NCBI GenBank assembly: GCA_963675755.2
Contig: CAXXMD010000003.1
Span: 2,848,001-2,912,000, forward strand
DNA from: a bacterium
Lineage (GTDB): Bacteria > Zhuqueibacterota > Zhuqueibacteria > Residuimicrobiales > Krinioviventaceae
Direction: 5' to 3'
DNA: 64,000 nt
In this document: piece by piece, positions 19,242-29,403 of the stretch
Position numbering within the stretch: the stretch's first letter is position 1
Layout: each line of letters starts with the position of its first letter
Program-made: the position numbers and the translations under genes
The notes under the pieces: generated by a model
Seen by the model: only the letters and a program-made list of their open reading frames with translations
Told to the model about the DNA's origin: nothing
Database searches by the model: none

Positions 19242-19268
19242 TTACCCTCTGGTTATGCCGGAGGGTAA
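19242..19268 (+). terminator. Probable terminator hairpin
   Basis: TTACCCTCTGG-TTATG-CCGGAGGGTAA after the stop codon. Confidence 0.65.
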
Positions 19269-19358
19269 TTCTCATTTATTAAAATTCCAATCTTTACATT
19301 TTTCATTGATTTTCTTCTGAAATTTGTGTATTAATCAATACACAGAAATAATATCAGT

Positions 19359-21785
19359 ATGAGGATGGATTTAATGGAAAATTTTGAAAAGCTGGGTGCG
19401 TTTTACCTGGGTAAAAATATGGGGCTTGATCAGAAACTAAGCGATGAATTGTGCCTGCTGGATTCCAAAGACCTGACCACGCATGCCGTGTGTGTAGGCA
19501 TGACCGGCAGCGGTAAGACCGGGCTTTGCGTGTCGCTTTTAGAAGAGGCAGCAATGGACAATATCCCTGCGCTGATTATTGATCCCAAAGGCGATATGAC
19601 CAACTTGCTGCTCAATTTCCCGGATTTGTCACCGGAAGAATTCCTGCCCTGGATCAACGAGAGTGAAGCCAGCAAAAAGAATTTATCCCCCGAAGAATAT
19701 GCCGCCAAACAGGCAGAGCTCTGGAAAAACGGTCTGGCGCAGTGGGGCCAGTCCGGTGAGCGGATCCGTGCCATGAAAGACAAAACCGAATTTTCCATCT
19801 ATACACCTGGCAGTACAGCGGGACTGCCGGTATCCATACTCAGTTCTTTTGCCGCACCGGATGCGGCCATTCTCAATGATATGGATGCCTTTGGTGATCG
19901 AATTGAAGCTACTGTCAGCAGTTTGCTGGGATTGCTGGATATCGATGCAGACCCCATCCAAAGCAGGGAGCATATACTGCTTTCTACCATCCTGAAACAT
20001 TTCTGGCAGCAGGGCAAAGACCTTGACCTGCCAACACTGATCCTTTCTGTGCAGAAACCACCTTTTAAACAGGTGGGTGTATTTGATATTGAACAGTTTT
20101 TCCCCGCAAATGACCGGTTCAAGCTGGCCATTACCATGAACAATTTGATGGCCTCACCGGGATTCCAGAGTTGGCTGCAGGGAGAGGCGCTGAATATTGA
20201 CCGGATGCTCTATAATCAGAACGGCAAACCCCGTCACTCTATATTTTACATCGCCCATTTGTCAGATACGGAACGCATGTTTTTTGTATCGCTGCTGTTG
20301 AATCAGGTCTTGTCTTGGGTGCGCAGTCAGAACGGTACCTCCAGCCTGCGGGCGTTGCTCTATTTTGACGAGCTGTTTGGCTATCTGCCGCCCATTGGCA
20401 ATCCCTCTTCGAAAAAGCCATTGATGACATTGTTAAAGCAGGCGCGTGCCTTTGGACTGGGTGTGGTCATGGCAACGCAGAATCCGGTTGATCTGGATTA
20501 TAAAGGCCTGTCGAATACCGGCTGCTGGTTTATTGGCAGACTGCAAACTGAGCGTGATCGCGAGCGTGTAATTGACGGATTGCTCTCCGCCGGCGGAGAA
20601 AAAGCGGGATTTGATAAAAAGACTTTGAATGCAACCATTGCGGGACTGGACAAGCGCGTGTTTCTGCTTCACAATGTGCATGAAGATGCTCCCGTATTGT
20701 TCCATACCCGCTGGGCCATGTCATATTTATGCGGTCCACTCACAAGACCGCAAATTCAGAAACTGAAACAGGGGCCGGCAGCGGCTTCCGCTCCGGCCGA
20801 ACCTGTCAAAACAGCCGCCAAGGCAGAGAAAGCACCGGCACCTCCAATGTTTGATCCGGATGTTACGGTCTTGTATGCGCCGGTTCGTAAAGCAGTTGCA
20901 GAGACTGAAAAAATAGAATATCGCCCCTGTTTATGGGCGGGCGGTAGCGTGTCGTATTCCAGTAAGAAATATGGTATTGAGCACCAGCAAACCCTGCGGA
21001 ATGTATTCATGATACAGGATGCAATCGTTCCGGTCAATTGGGAACAGGAATACGTGCCGGATCTGGATGAAAATTATCTGCTGCGTGAACCGGATGTGAA
21101 TGCAGGCTTTGCGCAGGTACCCGCAAAAGCAAAAGATGGAAAACAATATACCGCATGGAAACGCGAGTATACCGATCATCTCTATAAATTCATCAAGCTG
21201 GACCTGTTCAAGAGCCCTACTTTGGATATGGTATCGAATCCCGGAGAGAGCGAGCGGGATTTTCGCATCCGGTTGTCACAAGTAGCGCGGGAACAGCGGG
21301 ACGAATGGACAGAGCAGCTCCGTGACAGTTATGCGAAAAAAATCGAAACTCTGGAGAAAAAGCTGGACCGGGCCAAAGATAAGGTTGCCCGTGAAGAACA
21401 GCAGGCCAGTCAGCAAAAACTGCAAACCGCAATATCCATTGGTACAACACTGCTGGGTGCGTTTATGGGGCGTAAAAAAATATCGAGTACTACGGTCAGC
21501 CGCGCGGGTACGGTCGCACGGCAGGCCGGGCGATCCATGAAAGAAAGTCAGGACATCAAGATGGCTGAGGAAATCGTCCGTGAGCTTGAACAGGATTTAC
21601 AGGACCTGCAGGAAGAGTTTCAATCCGAGCTCGACGAACGCGAAGCACAGCTCGATATGCTGAACGAAAAGCTTGAAACAGAAAGTATCAAACCCTTTAA
21701 AAAAGATATTCTGGTACAGTTGATGACATTTGTCTGGGTGCCATGCAGAATTACTCCGACCGGAGATGCGGAATTGCTGGTTTGA
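19359..21785 (+). CDS. HerA/FtsK-superfamily (DUF87-like) ATPase with C-terminal coiled coil
   Basis: Walker A GMTGSGKT, IIDPKGD, Walker B LLYFDE, and QARAFGLGVVMATQNPVD. Confidence 0.85.
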   Translation: MRMDLMENFEKLGAFYLGKNMGLDQKLSDELCLLDSKDLTTHAVCVGMTGSGKTGLCVSLLEEAAMDNIPALIIDPKGDMTNLLLNFPDLSPEEFLPWINESEASKKNLSPEEYAAKQAELWKNGLAQWGQSGERIRAMKDKTEFSIYTPGSTAGLPVSILSSFAAPDAAILNDMDAFGDRIEATVSSLLGLLDIDADPIQSREHILLSTILKHFWQQGKDLDLPTLILSVQKPPFKQVGVFDIEQFFPANDRFKLAITMNNLMASPGFQSWLQGEALNIDRMLYNQNGKPRHSIFYIAHLSDTERMFFVSLLLNQVLSWVRSQNGTSSLRALLYFDELFGYLPPIGNPSSKKPLMTLLKQARAFGLGVVMATQNPVDLDYKGLSNTGCWFIGRLQTERDRERVIDGLLSAGGEKAGFDKKTLNATIAGLDKRVFLLHNVHEDAPVLFHTRWAMSYLCGPLTRPQIQKLKQGPAAASAPAEPVKTAAKAEKAPAPPMFDPDVTVLYAPVRKAVAETEKIEYRPCLWAGGSVSYSSKKYGIEHQQTLRNVFMIQDAIVPVNWEQEYVPDLDENYLLREPDVNAGFAQVPAKAKDGKQYTAWKREYTDHLYKFIKLDLFKSPTLDMVSNPGESERDFRIRLSQVAREQRDEWTEQLRDSYAKKIETLEKKLDRAKDKVAREEQQASQQKLQTAISIGTTLLGAFMGRKKISSTTVSRAGTVARQAGRSMKESQDIKMAEEIVRELEQDLQDLQEEFQSELDEREAQLDMLNEKLETESIKPFKKDILVQLMTFVWVPCRITPTGDAELLV

Positions 21786-21900
21786 TTTATTATAACAAAT
21801 ATAGATGAAAAACGATCCCCGCGCTCGACTTACTAATTAATGAATCGAATACTAAGGATCTTAATATTTTGATATTGTACAAAACAATTTTGGAGAATAT

Positions 21901-22779
21901 ATGGAACGTATAGGATTTGTAGGCCTGGGCATTATGGGACTGCCCATGTGCAAGAACCTGCTCAAAGCAGGATTTACCGTAACCGCGTGGAATCGTACTG
22001 CGTCAAAAATAGATGAGGTTGTGGCCGCGGGCGCGGCAGCAGGTGAATCTCCAGCGGATGTTGCGGCAAAATCAGATGTTATCATTACCATCGTTTCAGA
22101 CACCCCGGATGTTGAGGCAGTTATTTTGGGAGAGAACGGTGTTATCAATGGAGCCAAACCCGGCAGTGTGGTGATCGATATGAGTACTATATCTCCGGCA
22201 GCAACCAAAGAAATGGCCAAAGCCCTGAAAGAAAAGAGCATAGATATGCTGGACGCCCCGGTCAGCGGTGGCGATACTGGCGCTATTGCCGGTACACTGG
22301 CGATTATGGTCGGTGGAGATAAATCGGTTGTAGAACGTTGTTTGCCGGTGTTTGAAGCCATGGGTAAAAGTATAACCCATGTGGGTACAAATGGTATGGG
22401 CCAGACCGTCAAACTGTGCAACCAGATCCTGGTATCTGTTACCAATATGGCAGTGTGCGAAGCGGTTACCTTTGCAAGACGGGCCGGACTTGATCCGCAG
22501 ATCATGATAGAAGCCGTGAAAAACGGTGCGGCGGGCTCTTGGCAGCTCTCAAATCTGGGGCCTAAAATGGCGGACCGCGATTTCGCTCCAGGATTCATGA
22601 TTGATTTGCAGCAAAAGGATCTAAGATTAGCGCTGGAAGCGGCAAGAGATTCTCAAACCGCATTACCCGCATTAGGCTTGGTATACCAGTTGTTTACCGG
22701 CTGTCAGGCAAACGGTCAGGGAAGTGAAGGTACCCAGGGTTTGATCAAGGCTATTGAAAGACTGGCTGGTGAAATGTAA
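21901..22779 (+). CDS. NAD(P)-dependent beta-hydroxyacid dehydrogenase (2-hydroxy-3-oxopropionate reductase/HIBADH family)
   Basis: IGFVGLGIMG, DAPVSGG, KLCNQ and QKDL motifs. Confidence 0.92.
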   Translation: MERIGFVGLGIMGLPMCKNLLKAGFTVTAWNRTASKIDEVVAAGAAAGESPADVAAKSDVIITIVSDTPDVEAVILGENGVINGAKPGSVVIDMSTISPAATKEMAKALKEKSIDMLDAPVSGGDTGAIAGTLAIMVGGDKSVVERCLPVFEAMGKSITHVGTNGMGQTVKLCNQILVSVTNMAVCEAVTFARRAGLDPQIMIEAVKNGAAGSWQLSNLGPKMADRDFAPGFMIDLQQKDLRLALEAARDSQTALPALGLVYQLFTGCQANGQGSEGTQGLIKAIERLAGEM

Positions 22780-22809
22780 TTGTACATTCATGAGGGAGAG
22801 GTTTTTATT

Positions 22810-23943
22810 GTGCGTATTCACAAATTCATCATCTTGATTTTGTTGTCGTTTGCTGTTTGGGCTTTAGGAGCGGATCTTGAGCTAGAGTTATCAGGCCGGG
22901 TCATTAACCGTGAAACACAAGAGCCGGTGTTCTTTGTTCAGGTGTTTCTGGCTAACACAACTATTGGCACAACAACAGACAAAGATGGAAATTTTAAGAT
23001 AAAGCGGGACCATTTTTCTCCCGGTACCTATCAGTTGATTGTTCACCATGTAGCATTTGAAATGCAGACTATAGAGCTTGCGGTTTTCCAAAACACAAAA
23101 CAGGAAATAACTGTTGAGCTGGCCCCCAAAGTGTGGGAGGGTGAGCAAGTTGAAGTGACCGCAACTGATCCTCATGAGTGGAAGAACCGTTTAGAGCGGT
23201 TTCTGGACATTTTCATCGGGCAATCGGATAATACGAAATATACAACGCTCAAAAATCCCCAGGTGCTGGATTTTTATATGGATTCCAAAACCAATGAAAT
23301 GGTAGCGAGAACAGATAGTGTATTGAGGATTGAAAATATGGCATTGGGTTATGATCTGGAGATTGTTTTGCATGATTTTCGATGTTCAGATTATTCTCAA
23401 GAGTATTTGTGTTATCCTCGTTTTATTGAAAAAGAGCCGGCTAATGATAAAGTGCACAAGAAATGGATAGAAAATCGTGAGAAAGCCTGGTATGGTTCAT
23501 ACCGACATTTTTTACGTACTGTTGTATTTACGGCGAATCCCAATAGAAAAAATCAATCAAAACGTTTGATTAAAAAATGGGAAATGCCTACCGAATCCAC
23601 TTTTAATATTTTTGATGTGTATAATAAAGATAAAAAGTTTATTGTTTATCCCGGTTTTATAGATGCCAATAAAGATTTTCGACATTCATATACCAACGCA
23701 CCTGCACCATTCGAAATAGACGAGTTGGAGAACCAATATTCGCTGGGATTCAATGGCTGGCTGCAGGTATTTTATAACTATGAACGTTTGCCGGAAGCGA
23801 GCTATATTCGTTTGCTTGATGGGCTCAGCTTTACCCTGCTTGATACGTTGGGGAATGAAACCAGTCGTGCAAGTATCATGAAAGGGGGACGTTGGCTGCG
23901 TGAAGGTATGGGTGATCTTTTACCACGAGATTACCTGCCATGA
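22810..23943 (+). CDS. Exported carboxypeptidase-regulatory-like domain protein
   Basis: GTG start after GAGGGAG, signal peptide, LSGRVINRETQEPV..V.VFLANTTIGTTTDKDGNF. Confidence 0.8.
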   Translation: MRIHKFIILILLSFAVWALGADLELELSGRVINRETQEPVFFVQVFLANTTIGTTTDKDGNFKIKRDHFSPGTYQLIVHHVAFEMQTIELAVFQNTKQEITVELAPKVWEGEQVEVTATDPHEWKNRLERFLDIFIGQSDNTKYTTLKNPQVLDFYMDSKTNEMVARTDSVLRIENMALGYDLEIVLHDFRCSDYSQEYLCYPRFIEKEPANDKVHKKWIENREKAWYGSYRHFLRTVVFTANPNRKNQSKRLIKKWEMPTESTFNIFDVYNKDKKFIVYPGFIDANKDFRHSYTNAPAPFEIDELENQYSLGFNGWLQVFYNYERLPEASYIRLLDGLSFTLLDTLGNETSRASIMKGGRWLREGMGDLLPRDYLP

Positions 23944-24066
23944 TTGTAAGAAAAAAGAAAAAAATGTATGAAAAATTGAACCGGTTCAGAAAAATGCTTG
24001 ACATTGTTGTCTGAAAAGTATAAACTATGATAATTAGTAATTGGGTAATTAAATAAAGGGTTAATT

Positions 24067-25395
24067 GTGGAAAAAACAAATCAAACCAGAAGAGAATTTG
24101 TAAAAACCGCAGCAACCGGTGCTGCCGCTGCTGCCATGTTTTCAACCGTGCCTGCAAAAGTATTGGGCGCCAATGATAAACTGCGTGTAGCAGTTATGGG
24201 AACACGTAGTCGTGGTCGTGCATTGTATACTGAATTTGCAAAATCTCCCCATACCGAAGTTGCATATGTATGTGATGTAGATTCACGCGTTATTGAAAAA
24301 TCTGTCAAAGATTTGGATGAAATGCAGGGCAAAAAACCAAAAGGTGTTGAAGATTTTCGTGAAGCACTGGATGACAAGGATGTAGATATTCTTGCAATTG
24401 CTGCACCTGACCATTGGCATGCTCCTGCTGCTTTGTTGGGTATGAAAGCGGGAAAACATATTTATGTTGAAAAACCATGTGGTCATAATCCTCATGAAGG
24501 CGAATTGCTGGTTGCCGCACAGAAAAAATACAACAAGGTTGTGCAAATGGGTAACCAACAACGTTCATCAATTCAAACCATTCAGGCTTTGAAAGAATTA
24601 AAAGAAGGTATTATCGGTCGTCCCTATTATGCTAAAGCATGGTATACAAGCGATCGTGGTCCTATTGGCAATGGCAAAATTGCACCTGTTCCGGAATGGC
24701 TAAACTGGGAACTGTGGCAGGGACCTGCACCACGTGTTCCGTTTCGCGACAATGTTGTGCATTACAACTGGCATTGGTTCTGGCGTTGGGGTACCGGTGA
24801 AGCATTGAACAATGGTACCCATGAAGTTGATGTTGCACGTTGGGCTTTGGGTGTAGATTTTCCACTTAAAACCACTTCTGCTGGCGGTCGTTTGCATTAT
24901 GAAGATGACTGGGAATTTTATGATACTCAGAACATTATGTACGAGTTTGAAGGCGGAAAAGCGATCAACTGGGAAGGCAGAAGCTGTAACGGTTTTAACT
25001 TTTATGGACGTGGTCGCGGAACCATTATTTCCGCAACCGAAGGTACCCTGATTGTAGATCGTAATGGTCACGAGTTTTATGACAAGAAACATAAACTCAT
25101 CAAAGAATACAAAGATAGTGCTGAAAATAATACCATGGGCACCACCGGTTTGGGCGATCCTTTGAATGAATTGCATGTTGGAAACTTTATTGACGCCATC
25201 AAAAACGGCGCAAAACAGAATTCACATATTGCCGAAGGTTACAAGAGTGTTCTGCTTTGTCAGCTCGGAAATATTTCTCAAAAAATGGGTCGTACCCTGT
25301 ATACTGATCCTCGTAACGGCCGCATTGTTGGCGATCCTGAAGCCATGACCATGTGGGGACGTGATTACGAACCCGGTTGGGAAATGCGCATCTGA
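24067..25395 (+). CDS. Tat-exported Gfo/Idh/MocA family oxidoreductase
   Basis: Twin-arginine TRREFVK, PDHWH and YVEKP motifs. Confidence 0.93.
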   Translation: MEKTNQTRREFVKTAATGAAAAAMFSTVPAKVLGANDKLRVAVMGTRSRGRALYTEFAKSPHTEVAYVCDVDSRVIEKSVKDLDEMQGKKPKGVEDFREALDDKDVDILAIAAPDHWHAPAALLGMKAGKHIYVEKPCGHNPHEGELLVAAQKKYNKVVQMGNQQRSSIQTIQALKELKEGIIGRPYYAKAWYTSDRGPIGNGKIAPVPEWLNWELWQGPAPRVPFRDNVVHYNWHWFWRWGTGEALNNGTHEVDVARWALGVDFPLKTTSAGGRLHYEDDWEFYDTQNIMYEFEGGKAINWEGRSCNGFNFYGRGRGTIISATEGTLIVDRNGHEFYDKKHKLIKEYKDSAENNTMGTTGLGDPLNELHVGNFIDAIKNGAKQNSHIAEGYKSVLLCQLGNISQKMGRTLYTDPRNGRIVGDPEAMTMWGRDYEPGWEMRI

Positions 25396-25425
25396 TAGTA
25401 AATAAAAGATAATAATAGTTATTTT

Positions 25426-25457
25426 GCCCCGGTGTGTTATCATATCGGGGCTTTTTT
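25426..25457 (+). terminator. Intrinsic terminator
   Basis: GCCCCGGTGTG-TTAT-CATATCGGGGC followed by T6. Confidence 0.88.
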
Positions 25458-25631
25458 GTTAGCAAGTTTTCAGTTGTCAGTATTCAGTTATTAGAATATA
25501 TCCTTTATCTATTTTTGTAATAATCAACACCAAGAGAATCCATTACAAAAAAAGTATTTTCTGTTTTTATTTTGAGAAAATTTTTGTTAAACTCTATTTA
25601 TTGAACTGGAATCTGATCAGTAAGGAGTGCC

Positions 25632-25919
25632 ATGGGGCTGTCATTTAAATCGGGAATTCTTTATCAATTAAAACGGATCATCAGGCTGGTATTGGGTTTT
25701 ATTTTTTTGATTTTGGGGATATTGGGATTGTTTTTACCCATTTTACAAGGGATTCTATTTCTCGTTATTTCCGCGTTACTGCTTGCACCGGACGTACCTT
25801 TTATACGTCGTCTTCTCAAAAAGCTGCGAAAAAGATATCCCCGGGCTGTTCGTATAGCCGAATCCATTAGCGGTACATTGGATAAAGAAGAAGAGAATGG
25901 TGAAAATGCTGATAAATAA
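25632..25919 (+). CDS. Small membrane protein (PGPGW/DUF454-like)
   Basis: LGILGLFLPILQGILFL hairpin TM motif and RBS AAGGAG. Confidence 0.7.
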   Translation: MGLSFKSGILYQLKRIIRLVLGFIFLILGILGLFLPILQGILFLVISALLLAPDVPFIRRLLKKLRKRYPRAVRIAESISGTLDKEEENGENADK

Positions 25920-25935
25920 ATTTAAGGGAAGTAAG

Positions 25936-26940
25936 ATGAAAAAGCTGCTTTTGTTGTTCGTGTTGACATTAATTTCCTGTACTGGGACGGAACAGTTTCC
26001 CCAACTCTCTGGTGCGTACCTGGGACAAACGCCACCCGGAAACACTGCTGAATTGTTTGCGCCGGGTATTGTATCTACCGGTATGTATACACGTGACATG
26101 AGCATAATGCCGGATGGAAACGAGATTTATTACAGCGTGATACTGGGACAATACAAATACACTGCAATTATGGTAACCAAACTGGTAGACGGTATCTGGA
26201 CAAAACCGGAAGTGACGTCATTTTCTGAAAATCCGGATTGGATGGATATTGAGCATTGTATCTCCGCTGACGGTAAGCAATTCTTTTTCATGTCTAATCG
26301 ACCTGACAGCGCGGCAGGAGAGACGGTACCGGGCGATCCTGATATCTGGGTAATGGACCGGCAGGGAGATGGCTGGAGCGCACCCCGTAACCTTGGTGTT
26401 CCTGTCAATAGTGAGGATGAAGAATTTTTCCCGTCAGTTACTCAAGACGGTACTCTTTATTTTACCCGGCAGGGTAAAGGGAACCCTCTTGGTATTATCT
26501 ATCGTTCACGCCTTGTGGATGGCAAATACACAGAGCCAGAAGCATTGCCCGAGCAGGTCAATTGCGGCCGAAACCGTTTCAACTCTTTTATTGCTAAAGA
26601 TGAAAGTTATATCATTACTCCTGTAGTTGGAACCGATGATAGTTACGGTGGCATTGACTATTATATTACATTTTGCAACGAAAATGATAACTGGAGCCAA
26701 CCCTTGAATATGGGCCCCCAGGTCAATTCTGCAGACCGGAATGAATACTCGCCTTTTGTATCTCCTGATGGTAAATACTTTTTCTTTATGTCGGGACGGG
26801 CCAATCCAGCAGCAGAACCGAAAAAGCTGGACGCTGAAATTCTACAATCAATTCAAAGCTCATCTGATAATGGGAATCCCAGTATCTTTTGGATCCGTAC
26901 AGATGTGATAGATTCTTTAAAAAACAAAGCAATTTTTTAA
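25936..26940 (+). CDS. PD40 (TolB-like beta-propeller) repeat lipoprotein
   Basis: Lipobox LISC, YLGQTPPG..AELFAPGIVST, and ISADGKQFFFMS / SPFVSPDGKYFFFMS repeats. Confidence 0.85.
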   Translation: MKKLLLLFVLTLISCTGTEQFPQLSGAYLGQTPPGNTAELFAPGIVSTGMYTRDMSIMPDGNEIYYSVILGQYKYTAIMVTKLVDGIWTKPEVTSFSENPDWMDIEHCISADGKQFFFMSNRPDSAAGETVPGDPDIWVMDRQGDGWSAPRNLGVPVNSEDEEFFPSVTQDGTLYFTRQGKGNPLGIIYRSRLVDGKYTEPEALPEQVNCGRNRFNSFIAKDESYIITPVVGTDDSYGGIDYYITFCNENDNWSQPLNMGPQVNSADRNEYSPFVSPDGKYFFFMSGRANPAAEPKKLDAEILQSIQSSSDNGNPSIFWIRTDVIDSLKNKAIF

Positions 26941-27029
26941 TATTAGCGGATTACCACTCATCGGGGGCTTTTCTTTTAAATGTTAAATTGTCGTTAATTA
27001 TTTGACACCTGCGTCAAATTTTAAATTAA

Positions 27030-27045
27030 TGGCATTAACATTGCT
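27030..27045 (+). promoter_or_regulatory. Sigma54 -24/-12 promoter
   Basis: TGGCATTAACATTGCT (GG-N10-GC) upstream of the hydrogenase-MCP gene. Confidence 0.65.
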
Positions 27046-27249
27046 TTATTTCCAATATCTTTAAAATTTTATTTTTTGGGTCAGGGTGCAAGTAATTGAA
27101 ATATAATAGCTTAATTCGATTATTGCGTTGTGCGGTGATTTTTTCTGGTAACTTTTTTTTCTTTTTGGTATATATTTTTTCCCAATAAGCAACATCAGAT
27201 TATTAGTAATATTTTTGAATTATCATAATATACGTTAAAAGGAAGTGAA

Positions 27250-29403
27250 ATGAAAAGTCTTGCTGCAGTAATTGATGTTATAGCTGAAAAATGTAAAAAT
27301 TGCCACGCATGCATAACTGCCTGCCCTGTTAAATATTGTAATAATGCCAATGGAGACCACGTACAGGTAAATCACGATATGTGTATTGGATGTGGTTCCT
27401 GCATCAAGGCTTGTACACATGGGGCCCGTACAATTATTGATGATTTTGATTTATTTTTGAAAAATGTAAAAAACGAAAAAGTAGTAGCTATTGTGGCTCC
27501 GGCGGTTGCTCCCAATTTCCCTGAAAAGCATTTGTATTTTAACGGTTGGTTAAAATCGTTGGGAGTTGATGCCATTTTTGATGTAAGCTTTGGGGCGGAA
27601 TTAACTGTAAAATCTTATCTGGAACATATAAAAACTAATCAGCCTCAGGCTGTAATTGCTCAACCATGCCCCGCAATTGTTTCCTTTATTGAAATTTACA
27701 AGCCCGAGTTGCTCAACGTCCTTGCTCCGGCTGACAGCCCCATGATGCATACATTGAAAATGATTAAGCAATTTTATCCTGAATTTAAATTTCACAAAAC
27801 CGTTATTATTTCTCCGTGTGTTGCTAAAAAACGCGAGTTTGATGACTGTGGTATTGGCAACTATAATGTAACTTTTGCAGCCATTGATGATTATTTCATG
27901 CAAAAAGGTATTCGTGTTGACAGTTATCCGAAAATTGAATTTGATAATCCACCGGCAGAGCGAGCTGTTTTATTCTCCACACCGGGCGGATTAATGCGGA
28001 CCGTTGAACGCGAGTTCCCTGATGTAAATAATATTGCAAGAAAAATTGAAGGCCCTGAGATCATTTATGATTATCTTGAACATTTACCTGAAATGATGCA
28101 GCGCAAAATGAATCCATTGTTAATTGATTGCTTGAATTGTGAAGCGGGTTGTAATGGAGGTACCGGTACACATAATCATGAAAAATCTTTTGATGAACTG
28201 GAATTTTGGGTAGAAAAACGTAACAAAGAAATGCAGGAGAAATATGCTCAAAAAGGATTACTGGATAAAAATAAAGGTAAAAAGCAGCTCGAAAAAGCTA
28301 TAGACAGCCACTGGAAACCTGGCCTTTATGACAGAAAATATAATGACCGTTCACAAAACAATACAGTGAAAAAGCCCAATTCACAAGAGCTGAAAGAGAT
28401 TTACAAACAAATCAGTAAATTCAGCGAGGATGATATTTATAATTGTGGTGCTTGCGGTTATGGCGATTGCGAGTCTATGGCAGTTGCTCTGTATAATGGA
28501 TTAAATATACCCGAAAACTGTTTGCATCACCAATTTGCAATTCACAAAGAATTTCATTCGCGGCTTGCAAGCTCATCTACTCAACTTGAAGGAATGGCGC
28601 ATTCAGTAACAAATCAGTGTTCATCTATCAAAGATCGTACAGATAATGTATCTACTAATATTGATGATCTGCGATTATTGTTACACCGTATTCTGGAAAA
28701 TTCAGAAGAAAACAAGAATGTAATTAACAATATATCAACCTCAACAGAAGAAATGAGTGCGACTATTCAGGATATATCTGATAACGCCGAAAAAACACGC
28801 AGTATTACTCAACATGCGGTAGAGAATGTCCGTAATATTCATGAAAGGGCACGGGACCTGAATGAAGCAACGGCAGATATTCAATCTGTTATAAAATTAA
28901 TTTTTGAAATTGCAGATCAAACCAAACTGCTGGCAATCAATGCAACCATTGAAGCTGCAAGAGCAGGAGAGGCCGGCAAAGGTTTTGGTGTTGTTGCAAA
29001 TGAGGTCAAGCATCTTGCAGACCAAACCAATGAAGCCACCCGAACCATTCGGGAAAAAGTGGCAAGAATCTCCAGTTCCGCAAATGATACATTGGGTGAA
29101 GTAGGTAATATTAATGAGATTATTGAAAATATTAATGATATGATTACCTCCATTGCAACAGGAGTAGATCAGCAGTCGCAAACTACCAAAAACATGTCTA
29201 TGGATATAATGCAATTCTCACAAAGGATAGAAGAGATCAGTAATCATTTAACGAATTCTTCAGAAAAAGCCAATTCTGTCAGTCATGATGTATTTCAGGT
29301 AAATCAGGTTGTAGGAAATGTAGACTTGTCTGCATCTGAGCTCAAGGTAAATTCAGATCAGCTTTCAAGTTTATGTAGTAAATTATCGAATAATGGTCAC
29401 TAG
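27250..29403 (+). CDS. [FeFe]-hydrogenase-like domain fused to a methyl-accepting chemotaxis domain (putative sensory group C hydrogenase)
   Basis: 2x[4Fe-4S] ferredoxin ([23 protein letters not shown]); H-cluster-like motifs [26 protein letters not shown]; FeS motif [10 protein letters not shown]; MCP hairpin [33 protein letters not shown]. Confidence 0.92.
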   Translation: MKSLAAVIDVIAEKCKNCHACITACPVKYCNNANGDHVQVNHDMCIGCGSCIKACTHGARTIIDDFDLFLKNVKNEKVVAIVAPAVAPNFPEKHLYFNGWLKSLGVDAIFDVSFGAELTVKSYLEHIKTNQPQAVIAQPCPAIVSFIEIYKPELLNVLAPADSPMMHTLKMIKQFYPEFKFHKTVIISPCVAKKREFDDCGIGNYNVTFAAIDDYFMQKGIRVDSYPKIEFDNPPAERAVLFSTPGGLMRTVEREFPDVNNIARKIEGPEIIYDYLEHLPEMMQRKMNPLLIDCLNCEAGCNGGTGTHNHEKSFDELEFWVEKRNKEMQEKYAQKGLLDKNKGKKQLEKAIDSHWKPGLYDRKYNDRSQNNTVKKPNSQELKEIYKQISKFSEDDIYNCGACGYGDCESMAVALYNGLNIPENCLHHQFAIHKEFHSRLASSSTQLEGMAHSVTNQCSSIKDRTDNVSTNIDDLRLLLHRILENSEENKNVINNISTSTEEMSATIQDISDNAEKTRSITQHAVENVRNIHERARDLNEATADIQSVIKLIFEIADQTKLLAINATIEAARAGEAGKGFGVVANEVKHLADQTNEATRTIREKVARISSSANDTLGEVGNINEIIENINDMITSIATGVDQQSQTTKNMSMDIMQFSQRIEEISNHLTNSSEKANSVSHDVFQVNQVVGNVDLSASELKVNSDQLSSLCSKLSNNGH

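Noticed and set aside
19359-21785. HerA-type anti-phage defence system
   Set aside because: No adjacent nuclease, Sir2 or other effector, and the neighbours are metabolic genes.
21861-22598. 245-aa minus-strand ORF
   Set aside because: Antisense to a well-conserved dehydrogenase and has no motifs.
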